IMG/VR virus record: IMGVR_UViG_3300026382_000013
Span: 17,331 to 81,330 of that record
Strand: one strand, 5' to 3'
Origin: a virus
Taxonomy: Duplodnaviria > Heunggongvirae > Uroviricota > Caudoviricetes
Length of the DNA stretch: 64,000 nucleotides
Shown here: piece by piece, positions 18,542-28,627 of the stretch
Layout of the letters: the number at the start of each line of letters is the position of its first letter
How positions within the stretch are numbered: position 1 is the stretch's first letter
Position numbers and translations under genes: made by a program
Notes under the pieces: generated by a model
What the model saw: the letters and a program-made list of their open reading frames with translations, nothing else
The model's database searches: none
Told to the model about the DNA's origin: nothing

Positions 18542-18848
18542 ATCAGACATATACGTGAAAGCAAAAGCCTCTTGCTTATTTGAATTAACAGAAGCCCTAG
18601 AAAAAGCAGATTTAAAAGATTATGTGGAACTTACTGTAGAAGATGATATTATATCCATGAAAATATCAGATATCAAATGGTATACAGGCTATAAAGATGT
18701 AGATATTATGAATAAAATATTTTATAAATTAGCTGATGAGGGTAGTTTAGGTCTTATACGATTAGGCGAAGGTAGAGGCGATGTAGAGGAAATTGGCAAC
18801 CCTTGGGATTTTGATATGTATACATTAACAACAATAGAAGGCTTTTAA
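18531..18848 (+). CDS. hypothetical protein (105 aa)
   Basis: ORF. Confidence 0.4.
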   Translation: MGYRSDIYVKAKASCLFELTEALEKADLKDYVELTVEDDIISMKISDIKWYTGYKDVDIMNKIFYKLADEGSLGLIRLGEGRGDVEEIGNPWDFDMYTLTTIEGF

Positions 18849-19271
18849 ATGGTACCATGGGTATATAAAGATAAACAAATATTATCACATGATGACCTAC
18901 ATGAAGATTGTACAGACATAGTATATTATATAGAATTTGAGTCTGGTCAACGATATATAGGTAAAAAAACTGTTAGATCTATAAGACGATTAAAACCTAC
19001 TAAAGCTCAATTAGCGATACGAAAAAACTATGTACGTAAAGAACTTAAAAACCATAATTTTATGGACTACAAAGGCTCTTCTACTTACAATATAAAAGAA
19101 ACGCCTATAAAACGTGAGATACTTTATCAATGTAAGGATAAGCGTTCAGCAACATACCTAGAAACTAAACTATTATTCTGTAAAGATGTATTATTTGATG
19201 TATCTTACAATAATGCTAATATTCAAGGTAAATTCTATAGTTCGGTACTAGATAATGTTATCAATTCCTAA
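18849..19271 (+). CDS. GIY-YIG domain protein (possible free-standing homing endonuclease)
   Basis: VYYIEFESGQRYIGKKTV resembles GIY(x10-11)YIG. Downstream R/K-rich segment and YLETKLL. Confidence 0.4.
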   Translation: MVPWVYKDKQILSHDDLHEDCTDIVYYIEFESGQRYIGKKTVRSIRRLKPTKAQLAIRKNYVRKELKNHNFMDYKGSSTYNIKETPIKREILYQCKDKRSATYLETKLLFCKDVLFDVSYNNANIQGKFYSSVLDNVINS

Positions 19272-19617
19272 GGTTAAAATTAATATAAATAAAGAAGCAG
19301 TTAAGCTGTTACATAAACTTGTATTTATACATCCAGAGCTTGAGCATTGTATATTCACTAATGGCAATTATATAGACATATCTCCACCAACACTACGCTC
19401 AACAATAAATATTATAAAACTATTGCGAAATACTGGCCACACTTATGAAGATGAAAAACATAATACATTTAGGACAAAACATAGTATGCATTATTATATA
19501 GCAATTAGTATCTTTAAAGATACTCATATAAATATACTAACATCTTTAGGTGAGCCAGATATAAATGCTGATACACAAATTACATTAAAGGAAATAAATG
19601 AAAACATTACCGACTAA
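19255..19617 (+). CDS. hypothetical protein (120 aa)
   Basis: ORF. Confidence 0.45.
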   Translation: MLSIPKVKININKEAVKLLHKLVFIHPELEHCIFTNGNYIDISPPTLRSTINIIKLLRNTGHTYEDEKHNTFRTKHSMHYYIAISIFKDTHINILTSLGEPDINADTQITLKEINENITD

Positions 19618-20488
19618 ACTCGATTACGACAATGGAGAAACTCACGGTATCCCAGATGATGCTATACGTATCAATGCTTCTGGTATATCTAGATTCTTTT
19701 CACACACTACTCAATGGTACAGAGAGAAAATGCTAGGGGAGTCAGGCTTTAATGGTAACTCAGCATCTGTAAATGGAACATTAGTGCATTACATTGCAGA
19801 ACAGTTTGCACGTAACAACACTATCACTCAAGACGACAAAGATGAGATTGCTAAATACATACTTAAACATACTAACTCTGAGTACAAAGATTATAATCCA
19901 GATATAGATATTAACTATATCGAAGATAATTATAAAATCATGGCTGAAACACTTGTAAATGATTATTTACTAGAAAACCCACCATCAAGAGTTGAAGACT
20001 TTGTAGCTATGGAAATCTTACCTAATATTTATGTAGGTGGTTCAATAGATAACTTAACAGGTGGCTCAATTACAGCATGTGAGAATGGTAAAATATCAGT
20101 TGAAACTAACCCACAAGCAGCAATGATATGTGACTACAAAACAACATCAATGAGACCTGGTAGTCTTAAAGGTAAATCAATTTCATGGCCACATAAACTA
20201 CAATTACTAACGTATGCTTGGATACTAACAAAACAAGGTCAGCCAGTAGATCGTATACGTATTATATACATCACTTCTAATGATGTTAATCGTATATCTG
20301 AAAAGACTGGTAAACCACTACAAGCATACCCATCTACTATTGTAACATTGACAGAACAAATTACAGAATCAGATTTAGAGATGGTAGGTGACATTATTCA
20401 CTTAATAGCAGAGTCTGTACAACTATGGAAAACTAAACCAGAACTACATCATATCTTAGCTCAAGATATGAGACTTAAAGCTAAATAG
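19598..20488 (+). CDS. PD-(D/E)XK family exonuclease (RecB/lambda-exo-like recombination nuclease)
   Basis: CDYKTT (D-x-K) and QLLTYAWIL (QxxxY) motifs. Sits upstream of the Sak4-like ATPase and SSB. Confidence 0.55.
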   Translation: MKTLPTKLDYDNGETHGIPDDAIRINASGISRFFSHTTQWYREKMLGESGFNGNSASVNGTLVHYIAEQFARNNTITQDDKDEIAKYILKHTNSEYKDYNPDIDINYIEDNYKIMAETLVNDYLLENPPSRVEDFVAMEILPNIYVGGSIDNLTGGSITACENGKISVETNPQAAMICDYKTTSMRPGSLKGKSISWPHKLQLLTYAWILTKQGQPVDRIRIIYITSNDVNRISEKTGKPLQAYPSTIVTLTEQITESDLEMVGDIIHLIAESVQLWKTKPELHHILAQDMRLKAK

Positions 20489-20526
20489 TAGTACACTACT
20501 TACCCAAATCTTAAGAAGGAGGAAAA

Positions 20527-20673
20527 ATGGATGAAAAAATTACAGACACTATAAACTACACAGTACTATTCGTAGCAACTATATCAGGTATCTTTGGATC
20601 GCCAGGAGTAGCAGCAGCTGGAATAGCTATATATTTAATATCAAAGGAATTTCATGCCAACATGGACAAATAG
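20527..20673 (+). CDS. small membrane protein (48 aa), not in the ORF track
   Basis: Strong SD aggagg 8 nt upstream of ATG 20527. TM segment VLFVATISGIFGSPGVAAAGIAIYLI. Confidence 0.4.
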   Translation: MDEKITDTINYTVLFVATISGIFGSPGVAAAGIAIYLISKEFHANMDK

Positions 20674-20881
20674 ATACAAACACTTAGAAACTTTAGTTGG
20701 TGCAGGTTACTACGCACTCAGAGCAAATACTAGCAAAGCTGGCAGACTATATACAAAACTTGTAAAAGCTGATAGATCACCAAGTAACCATATAGATAGA
20801 AGTATGATTACAACACCATCAATTGGTCATAATGCTAGACGTCAACATATTTTGGATAGAAGAGGAGCAGCTAATGCCTAA
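20654..20881 (+). CDS. hypothetical basic protein (75 aa)
   Basis: ORF overlapping the end of 20527-20673. Uncertain. Confidence 0.3.
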   Translation: MPTWTNRYKHLETLVGAGYYALRANTSKAGRLYTKLVKADRSPSNHIDRSMITTPSIGHNARRQHILDRRGAANA

Positions 20882-21587
20882 TGGAATTAAATTACTTTTA
20901 ACAGGGCTTAGTAATAGTGGTAAAACTAATGCACTTAAAACACTAGACCCAAAGACATCTTTAGTAATTAACATTGATGGTAAATCATTCCCACTAGCTA
21001 TACCACATGCTAACTATCAATCTTTTCCAGATATAGAATCATTAATTAGTGGATGGGAAGCTGATGGAGAACATGTAGCTGGTATTGTAGATGTAATGAA
21101 ATCTTTCAAAGATGCTACTGGAGCTTACCCTAAAACTGTAGTTATTGACACAGTATCTAGAGTATTTCAAATTATTGCAGACAACTGTAATACAAAATAC
21201 AAAAACTTTGATATCCATTCCAACATTGCTAAACAAATAGCTATGTTTAATAATTTCTTACAAGAACAACTTGTAATGAATGGTATGAATGTTATATCAA
21301 CAACACATGTTACATTTGATGAGACTTTAAACGCTTATGTAGATGCATCTTCTGGTGCTTATAAGAAAGCTGGTGGAGCTATTTCAGTTCATGACCATGT
21401 ATCTTTCTTTCAAGTTAAAGGTAAAAAATACGTAGTCTCTCATAGAGTACCAGGTTTACCTTGTAGAACATTGCTAACACCAGAGCAAATACCAGACACA
21501 CAACCTGCTGATGAGTATTCATTAGCTAATCATATTAAACTTTTAGAAGACTCTACTACAGAGATTACTAAATTTACATTAAACTAA
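20874..21587 (+). CDS. Sak4-like RecA-fold ssDNA-annealing ATPase
   Basis: agaggagcagctaATG at 20874. Walker A GLSNSGKT, Walker B VVIDTV. ~237 aa, placed between exonuclease and SSB. Confidence 0.5.
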   Translation: MPNGIKLLLTGLSNSGKTNALKTLDPKTSLVINIDGKSFPLAIPHANYQSFPDIESLISGWEADGEHVAGIVDVMKSFKDATGAYPKTVVIDTVSRVFQIIADNCNTKYKNFDIHSNIAKQIAMFNNFLQEQLVMNGMNVISTTHVTFDETLNAYVDASSGAYKKAGGAISVHDHVSFFQVKGKKYVVSHRVPGLPCRTLLTPEQIPDTQPADEYSLANHIKLLEDSTTEITKFTLN

Positions 21588-21605
21588 CCACAAAGGAAAC
21601 AACCA

Positions 21606-22322
21606 ATGAGTAAACCAACATTTAATTTTAAAGTAAACACACAAGCAGACGCACTTAAGGAATCAGGAGCAGGAGGTCAATTTATCTCAAATAGTGGTAT
21701 CTACCCAGTAACTATTAACTTCTTATCTATAAACCAATCTAGTAAAGGTTCATATAGTTATGCACTTAACATTGATTACAACGGCAATTCACAAACTATC
21801 TATGGCCCCACTATTCAAAACAATGATGGCTCAGAAAATGTAATTGGGTCACGCTCACTAAACAAAGTATGTGTAATTGCTGGCCTTGACAGTGGAGCTG
21901 CACTAAACTTAGAGGAAGAAGAACATACGGTGGGTAAAGACAATGAAGTTAAAACTTTTGTAGTTGCAACAGATTTATCTGGCCTTGAGTGTAAACTACA
22001 ACTAAAACGTGTATATGATAAGTACAAAGGCGAAATTAAGCCTAAACTTAATATTGAATCTTTCTTCCGTATGCCAGACGGAGCATCAGCTGATGAAATT
22101 GTAGCAGAAGCTAACGGTAAAGACGTTACATTTGGAGCACAACTAGCTAAGATTGAAGAGAGCGAAGCTACAACTCAACCACGTTATGGTAAAGATGAAG
22201 ATAAGAACCAAGTTACTGAAGAAGAAGTAGCTGCATTTTTAGAAGCTAAAAAATCTGGTAACTCCACTACAACTTCTGCACCAACTGAAACTAAGCAAGT
22301 AAAGAAAAACCTCTTTGCGTAA
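21606..22322 (+). CDS. single-stranded DNA-binding protein (phage type with acidic C-terminal tail)
   Basis: Position after Sak4. Acidic tail DEDKNQVTEEEVAAFLEAKK...LFA. No strict motif, so partly positional. Confidence 0.45.
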   Translation: MSKPTFNFKVNTQADALKESGAGGQFISNSGIYPVTINFLSINQSSKGSYSYALNIDYNGNSQTIYGPTIQNNDGSENVIGSRSLNKVCVIAGLDSGAALNLEEEEHTVGKDNEVKTFVVATDLSGLECKLQLKRVYDKYKGEIKPKLNIESFFRMPDGASADEIVAEANGKDVTFGAQLAKIEESEATTQPRYGKDEDKNQVTEEEVAAFLEAKKSGNSTTTSAPTETKQVKKNLFA

Positions 22323-22353
22323 GCTAATACTAAATACTCAGTTAGGTATTTAA

Positions 22354-23805
22354 ATGTACGACTGGAGTGAGGAACAACTAACAATATTCAGTACAGCTAC
22401 TGCCACTTCAGCTAATGGATTTAAGCATCCACTAATTAAAATTGAAGCAGTAGCTGGAGCGGCTAAATCTAGCTCACTAGTAGAACTTGCTAATCGTTAC
22501 CCACAAGGTACTTCAATATCTTATCTTGTATTTGGTAACGCTAATGCAGCAGAAGCTAGGAGTAGTTTTAAACATATGGCTAAAGTATCTACATTACATG
22601 CCTTAGCTTACCATTATATATTTAATAAGTACTCTTTTAACGTACGTAGAGACGTTAAACCTTATATTGCATACAATTCTATACCTAAAACACTTAAGGT
22701 ACCATATAGACTAGTAGCTGATGCCGTAACACTTGTAAATGGCTTTTGTGAATCTAACATACTATCTATGACAGAATTTGCTTCAGATGCTAAACCAGCA
22801 CTAATAAAATATGCTACATCTATCATGAATGCTATGGTACAAGGTGATATGCCTATAACACATGGAGCATACCTTAAACTATTCCATTCATTAGTGATGA
22901 CAGGAGAAATCTTAATAGACCCAGTAGATGTTTTAATGATAGACGAATTTGGGGATATAACACAGCAGACTATAGACATCTTTTTAGCCTACCCTGCTAA
23001 ACAAAAAATAGCTGTAGGGGATACTGCTCAATCCATATTTGACTTTATGGGATGTGTAAATGGTTTTAAACTTCTAGCTAATAGAGGCATTACATTACAC
23101 TTATCTAAGTCATTTAGAGTATCTGAATACTTAGCACCATCTATAGAATACTTCTGTAAACGTACTATAGATAAATCATTTATATTTAATGGTATGGCTT
23201 ATACAGAAATACCAAATGTAATGATGAGCACAGCTTATATAACACGTAACAATAGTGCACTGATAGATAAAATGATTGAGTTAAACAAAGCTGGTACAGC
23301 ATATAGACTTATAACTAAAGCTAAAACTGACCAACTGTTTAAATTACCATTATTTCTACTAAGCCCTAAAGCAGGTAGAGTGTATAAAGATAAAGAATTA
23401 GCGTCATTACAATATCATGTAGACCAATATTTTAAGTATAAGGCAGATAACTCACCTAGTTTACGTTCGTATATTTTAAGTATGAACAAAGACCATCCTA
23501 CATTACAACAAGCAGCTAGAACACTAATGAAATTTTCAGCTAGTGACATAATAGAAGCTAAAAACACAGCAGACCTACATAAGAAATCAAGTGCTAAATA
23601 CATTTTAGGGACAGCATTTGTTTTTAAAGGGTTGACAGTGGATGAGGTACATATATCCCAAGAGCTAAATAACTCTGTATCTGATGCTATGCAAGCTTTA
23701 GCAGCTAATGAACCGCTAACTGAAGATCAACGCACTGACTGTAAACTATATTATGTAGCGTGCACAAGAGCAAGATACAAAATTACTAATGGAGTACACT
23801 TATGA
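22354..23805 (+). CDS. UvrD/PcrA-like SF1 helicase-related protein
   Basis: VGDTAQSIFDFMG matches the UvrD GDxxQSIYxFRGA motif. VLMIDEFGD Walker B-like. Confidence 0.55.
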   Translation: MYDWSEEQLTIFSTATATSANGFKHPLIKIEAVAGAAKSSSLVELANRYPQGTSISYLVFGNANAAEARSSFKHMAKVSTLHALAYHYIFNKYSFNVRRDVKPYIAYNSIPKTLKVPYRLVADAVTLVNGFCESNILSMTEFASDAKPALIKYATSIMNAMVQGDMPITHGAYLKLFHSLVMTGEILIDPVDVLMIDEFGDITQQTIDIFLAYPAKQKIAVGDTAQSIFDFMGCVNGFKLLANRGITLHLSKSFRVSEYLAPSIEYFCKRTIDKSFIFNGMAYTEIPNVMMSTAYITRNNSALIDKMIELNKAGTAYRLITKAKTDQLFKLPLFLLSPKAGRVYKDKELASLQYHVDQYFKYKADNSPSLRSYILSMNKDHPTLQQAARTLMKFSASDIIEAKNTADLHKKSSAKYILGTAFVFKGLTVDEVHISQELNNSVSDAMQALAANEPLTEDQRTDCKLYYVACTRARYKITNGVHL

Positions 23806-24245
23806 CAGATGAGCAAATACAGTCTATACTAGATTATAATGACGAATATGATAAATTATTCTTTTTATTCCAAGCCACTGATCCAGATGATAAATTACAA
23901 GAATTTTACGAAGAAGCTATCCTACCTTATGAAGATGAGTACACACTAGCTTTGATGGAAAATTTAGGTGAAACATTTGATTTATGCTCTACATGGGTGC
24001 ACGATAAATACTTAGTGTTCTCTGAAGAGTCTGTTAGAGCGGCTTGTGAAGAAAGTTTAGACTATATGGTAAGAGAGCGTACAGAAGAGATACCACAAGA
24101 TTTACGCTACTACTTTGATTCAGATGCTTACTTAGAAGATTTAATAGACTCAATGAGTGCTGGAGAGATACTATCTAGATATGATGGTAACGAGGAGTAT
24201 GAAATTATAAATGGTACAACTTATTATATATACAGACAATATTAA
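23802..24245 (+). CDS. hypothetical acidic protein (147 aa)
   Basis: ORF; D/E/Y-rich. Confidence 0.45.
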   Translation: MTDEQIQSILDYNDEYDKLFFLFQATDPDDKLQEFYEEAILPYEDEYTLALMENLGETFDLCSTWVHDKYLVFSEESVRAACEESLDYMVRERTEEIPQDLRYYFDSDAYLEDLIDSMSAGEILSRYDGNEEYEIINGTTYYIYRQY

Positions 24246-24291
24246 GTATCTTAAAGATACAATTACAACCCAAAACACAAAAGGATAAACA

Positions 24292-24573
24292 ATGACAAAA
24301 CAAGAATTAGTTGAAGAGTTAGCTCTTCTAGAAGATTTCGAATCAAAAGCAGCTGCTAGTAGAGCATTAGAATTAGTTATTAACACAATCAAAGAACAAG
24401 TCTCTAAAGGTAATGAAGTTAATGTAAGCGGTCTAGGTAAATTCTTTCCACAACTTCAAAAAGGTAAATCTGGTGTAGTCCCTGGAACTGATAAAACATA
24501 CACTACTCAAGATAAGATGGTACCTAAATTTAAAGCGGCAACTAGCTTTAAAGATGTAGTAGCAGGTAAGTAA
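24292..24573 (+). CDS. HU/IHF family DNA-binding protein
   Basis: MTKQELVEELA...SKAAASRALE...VSGLGKF...PKFKAATSFKDVV follows the HU fold pattern. Confidence 0.7.
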   Translation: MTKQELVEELALLEDFESKAAASRALELVINTIKEQVSKGNEVNVSGLGKFFPQLQKGKSGVVPGTDKTYTTQDKMVPKFKAATSFKDVVAGK

Positions 24574-26829
24574 GTGATTACCTTAGCTGCTAACAAAAAG
24601 CACGACATCATTAAACGTGATGGACGTGTGGAGCAGTTTAATGAAGATAAGTTATTTAAAGTATTCTTATGGGCAGCAGAAGGTTCTGAGATATTTGCAA
24701 AGAAGTTGCTAGAAGCTATATCTATTAAAATAAACAATCGTATGAGAATTGAAGTCTTATACGATGAAGCTATAGATACAGCATCTAATCTTATATCTGA
24801 TCTTTACCCACAATGGGAAACTATTGCTAGAAACCTATATATACTTAAATTACATAAGGACATCGGCTGTAAACGTGCAGAATACCCTGATTATAATGAA
24901 ATTGTATTTGGTAATGAATCAGCAGGTAAATACTCTACAGCATTCTTAGACGAACTTAGTGACCTTAGAATAAATAGACAAATACTAGCAGACGCTATTG
25001 TCCCTGAACGTGATAACTTATTCACTTTTGGAGGTTTAAATTTATTTGTACAAAAATACTGTTTTACAGACAAAGGGCAATTACTAGAACTACCACAACA
25101 TGTTTATATGAGAGTTGCGATTCAGCTCATGTATGCACAAGGTATTGAGGCTATTATTGCAAAATATAACCAAATTTCAACGCATTCTGTAACAGAAGCA
25201 ACACCAAAAATGGTAAATAGTTTATCTAACTCACCCTCGTTATTTTCATGTTGTATGTGTAAACCAACAGACTCGCTAGAAGGTATTGAAGAATCTTTGC
25301 AAATGTTAGCTAAAGAATCTAAATACGGTGGTGGAGACGCTTGGGATGTATCATGTATACGTGCTAAAGGTTCTATAATTAAAGGTAACAATGGCAAATC
25401 TTCTGGTGTCATACCGTACTTGCAAGATGCTCAAGCAACAATAGGTGCATACAACCAAGGTGGTACAAGAAGCTCAGCATTAATAGTGTCATATAACTGG
25501 TTCCACTATGAGTCACCAGAAATTGGTAAAGCTAAATTAGAATCTGGTAAAGATGAAGATAGAGCTAGAAAAATTAAGTATGCTATTAAATGGAATAAAC
25601 ATCTATCTAATGCTATACGTAATGATGAGTATATATACTTAATTGATCCACATAAAACACAAGACTTAACGTATGCTTATGGTACTGAATGGGAAAAGCT
25701 GTATACTAAGTATTCCACAGATTCAACAATCCATAAACGTAAATACAAAGCTAGAGATTTAGCTTTTGAAAATGCTACTATCAAAGTTGAAACGGGCAAT
25801 AATTACACGTTCTTTACTGATAATTGTAACTTACAAAACATAGGTACTGGTACTATAACAAGCTCTAACCTATGTATGGAAATGCAGACATCATTCAACC
25901 CAATTGAGGTAACTTCTACTAAATTACTAGATACATCAATGCAAACCATAACTTATGGTGATATGTCATTATGTAATTTAGCATCTATAAATATTATGAA
26001 GTGGGTATATTTAGATACACAAGAAAAACGTGAATTTATGTATACACTAGTATCATCTATGGACAATGCTATTGATAACTCATTCTATGCTAACCCATTA
26101 GGGCAACAACATTCTGCTAACCATAGAGATTTAGGTATTGGTATATCTAATTACGCTAATTATTTAGCTACGTACAAAACAACATGGAGTTCACAGCTTG
26201 CTAGAGAACTTACACATAAGCTTATGGAAGAGATTTCCTATTTTGCTATTGAAGCTTCTATTCAACTTGCTAAAGAACGTTCAAGGTGTGCTGTGTTTGC
26301 TGATACTAAATGGGCACAAGGATTATTCCCACATGAATTATCAATATTACCTAAAGACCGTAAAGACTTATATTTACCATTAAACCTTGATTGGGAACCT
26401 TTACGCAGAGATTTACTTAAATATGGTATACGCAATTCAAGATTATTAGCTATTGCACCAACTGCAACATCTGGTAAATGTATAAATGCTACTGAGGGTG
26501 TAGACGTACCACGTAAGTTTAAAACTATTGCTGAAGGTACATACTCATTACCATTTGTAGTACCAAACTTGCAACATAACCGTGAGTACTACAGTACAAC
26601 ATTTACAACAGATAATAAAGATGTTATAGAACTTGCAGCTATACGTCAAAGATTTCTATGTATGTCTCAATCAGTGTCTTTAGGGTATGCTAACCCAAAT
26701 TCAGCACATGAGATTGTACATGATATTATGTATGCTGAAGAACTTGGACTAAAGACACTCTACTACACGTACACACCTACAGCTGGTGATGATATCGAAG
26801 ACGAAGAGTGTGAAGCATGTGGAACATAG
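24574..26829 (+). CDS. nrdA: ribonucleoside-diphosphate reductase alpha subunit (class I, with ATP-cone)
   Basis: GTG start directly after the HU stop. ATP-cone KRDGRVEQFNEDKL, active site SSNLCMEMQ, C-terminal CEACGT. Confidence 0.85.
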   Translation: MITLAANKKHDIIKRDGRVEQFNEDKLFKVFLWAAEGSEIFAKKLLEAISIKINNRMRIEVLYDEAIDTASNLISDLYPQWETIARNLYILKLHKDIGCKRAEYPDYNEIVFGNESAGKYSTAFLDELSDLRINRQILADAIVPERDNLFTFGGLNLFVQKYCFTDKGQLLELPQHVYMRVAIQLMYAQGIEAIIAKYNQISTHSVTEATPKMVNSLSNSPSLFSCCMCKPTDSLEGIEESLQMLAKESKYGGGDAWDVSCIRAKGSIIKGNNGKSSGVIPYLQDAQATIGAYNQGGTRSSALIVSYNWFHYESPEIGKAKLESGKDEDRARKIKYAIKWNKHLSNAIRNDEYIYLIDPHKTQDLTYAYGTEWEKLYTKYSTDSTIHKRKYKARDLAFENATIKVETGNNYTFFTDNCNLQNIGTGTITSSNLCMEMQTSFNPIEVTSTKLLDTSMQTITYGDMSLCNLASINIMKWVYLDTQEKREFMYTLVSSMDNAIDNSFYANPLGQQHSANHRDLGIGISNYANYLATYKTTWSSQLARELTHKLMEEISYFAIEASIQLAKERSRCAVFADTKWAQGLFPHELSILPKDRKDLYLPLNLDWEPLRRDLLKYGIRNSRLLAIAPTATSGKCINATEGVDVPRKFKTIAEGTYSLPFVVPNLQHNREYYSTTFTTDNKDVIELAAIRQRFLCMSQSVSLGYANPNSAHEIVHDIMYAEELGLKTLYYTYTPTAGDDIEDEECEACGT

Positions 26830-26838
26830 GAGGTAAAC

Positions 26839-27906
26839 ATGATAGACTTAACTAAAACTGTACCAACATCATCATTGTTCTTTGGAGAGCATAGTGGTAT
26901 TGGTAGGTTAGATTTAAAATACAGTAGCAAGATTAAAGCTCTTGCTGAATTAGATGAAGCTAATGCATGGTATCTAAACATTATATCTTGTTCTCAAGAC
27001 AGGTGGTCAGAATTTCCACCTCATGCACTATCTAAATTTCAAAAGAACCTTGCATACCAAACTGTAATGGATTCTTTAGTACCTGATATATTTGCATACC
27101 TAGCTGAAATAGCTAATGACCCATGGATGTCATACTTATACTCACGTATATCCACTATGGAGAAAACACATGCGTTATCTTACTCATCTGGTGCAGATCA
27201 AGCATTTGGAGCTAAAGCTACTGAATTCTTAAATATAATGTATACAGATCCTAAAATAGCTGATAGAGTATCTGATGAACTAAAATCAGCTAAAGAGTTT
27301 ATACAAGCTGTAAGAGATGGGTGGGAAGATTCAATAGATAACCGTAAACTATTACTTATAATTTTGTCACGTACACTACTATTAGAAGGTATTAAATTCC
27401 CATTTTCGTTTTATACATCTTGGTCCTTAAATAAAGGCTATAACAATTGTGCTCAAGGCTTTAGTCAACTACTTATAAAGATAGCTATTGATGAAATGGA
27501 AGTACACACAACATTAGGTGAACTTGCTATTAAGGAACTTAAAAAAGACCCGTCATTTAATGTGCTGATAGAGTCTAATTGGTTCTCCTCAATGTTTGCT
27601 GAAATGAAACAAGCTACAGTTGATAAAGAACTTAAATGGTTAGAATACTTATTAGAGGACGGAGATACACCTGGCTTTAATTATGCTATAGGTGAGCACT
27701 TTATAAAATACTGGGCAGACTTTAGAGCTAGGATGATAAAAGAACCTACCCACTATAATGTGAAAAAGAATGATATCGAGAAATGGTTTGACGCATATAG
27801 AAATCCTAAAGGCAAAACACAAGCACTACAAGAAATAGATAATGTAGCTTATCAACTAGGGCAATTAGTTAACGATTTAAATAAATTTGATAAGGTTGTG
27901 GGATGA
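26839..27906 (+). CDS. nrdB: ribonucleoside-diphosphate reductase beta subunit
   Basis: taggaggtaaacATG. Two E..H iron-ligand pairs (MEKTHAL, EMEVHTT). Immediately follows nrdA. Confidence 0.75.
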   Translation: MIDLTKTVPTSSLFFGEHSGIGRLDLKYSSKIKALAELDEANAWYLNIISCSQDRWSEFPPHALSKFQKNLAYQTVMDSLVPDIFAYLAEIANDPWMSYLYSRISTMEKTHALSYSSGADQAFGAKATEFLNIMYTDPKIADRVSDELKSAKEFIQAVRDGWEDSIDNRKLLLIILSRTLLLEGIKFPFSFYTSWSLNKGYNNCAQGFSQLLIKIAIDEMEVHTTLGELAIKELKKDPSFNVLIESNWFSSMFAEMKQATVDKELKWLEYLLEDGDTPGFNYAIGEHFIKYWADFRARMIKEPTHYNVKKNDIEKWFDAYRNPKGKTQALQEIDNVAYQLGQLVNDLNKFDKVVG

Positions 27907-28067
27907 ATTTATTTACAGCTACAGCGCTACTTAAAAACTTAGAGACTCTAAAAGTTAAAGACCCTGTGTTATTTCAACGTATTCAAGAGTTATTGACTAA
28001 AGGACCAACAGATGCTACAATTGCAGAAGCCAAACAATTACTTGAGGAGGTGACTAATGGAAAATGA
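27903..28067 (+). CDS. hypothetical small protein (54 aa)
   Basis: ORF in the gap between nrdB and the next gene; overlapped start. Confidence 0.3.
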   Translation: MNLFTATALLKNLETLKVKDPVLFQRIQELLTKGPTDATIAEAKQLLEEVTNGK

Positions 28068-28368
28068 TGGTAAAAACCAAACTACTACACAAGATATACT
28101 TAAAGAGCGAGGTTCTCGCTATGGTACATTTGCTAACCATGCTAAGTGCTCTTCAGCTCTTAGAGAGGCATTCTTTACACATCAGATGGCGTATGGACAA
28201 GCACCACTTACAGCAACACAGACAGAAGCTATCATACTTATTTTACATAAATTAGCTCGTATTGCTAATGGAGATCCAAATTACGATGATAATTGGATAG
28301 ATTTATGTGGCTATTCTCAATTAGTGGTGGATGACCTCAATGGTACAGATTCTAATAACACTAATTGA
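28057..28368 (+). CDS. hypothetical protein (103 aa), possibly MazG-like all-alpha NTP pyrophosphatase
   Basis: gaggaggtgactaATG. ERGSRYG...HA and DNWIDLCGY resemble MazG-like motifs. Weak. Confidence 0.4.
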   Translation: MENDGKNQTTTQDILKERGSRYGTFANHAKCSSALREAFFTHQMAYGQAPLTATQTEAIILILHKLARIANGDPNYDDNWIDLCGYSQLVVDDLNGTDSNNTN

Positions 28369-28618
28369 GGACGTACAACTAGCTAACAAAATCTCATATA
28401 CTGAGGCTGTTAATTTAGTTATAGACTCTGGCTTACTATCAGGGCATGAGTATAGTGTTATAGAAATAGCAGCAATACTAAAAATACCTAAAAGCCACGT
28501 GTCTAAAATAGAAATAGCAGCTATTAAAAAACTAACTCACCCATCTATTGGTATTGAACTTCGTAGGTACTTAAATTTACCTAATGCTGAAGATATCAAA
28601 TATACTGGGCACGAATAA
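28331..28618 (+). CDS. sigma-70 region 4-like HTH protein (candidate transcription regulator)
   Basis: EYSVIEIAAILKIPKSHVSKIEIAAIKKL resembles sigma region 4.2. Confidence 0.45.
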   Translation: MTSMVQILITLIEDVQLANKISYTEAVNLVIDSGLLSGHEYSVIEIAAILKIPKSHVSKIEIAAIKKLTHPSIGIELRRYLNLPNAEDIKYTGHE

Positions 28619-28627
28619 GGACAACAT

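Noticed and set aside
26198-26383. Alternative-frame small ORFs inside nrdA (26198-26383), inside the 28057 gene (28064-28255) and inside the helicase (17326-17553)
   Set aside because: Fully embedded in well-supported genes with strong motif evidence, and they have no ribosome-binding sites.
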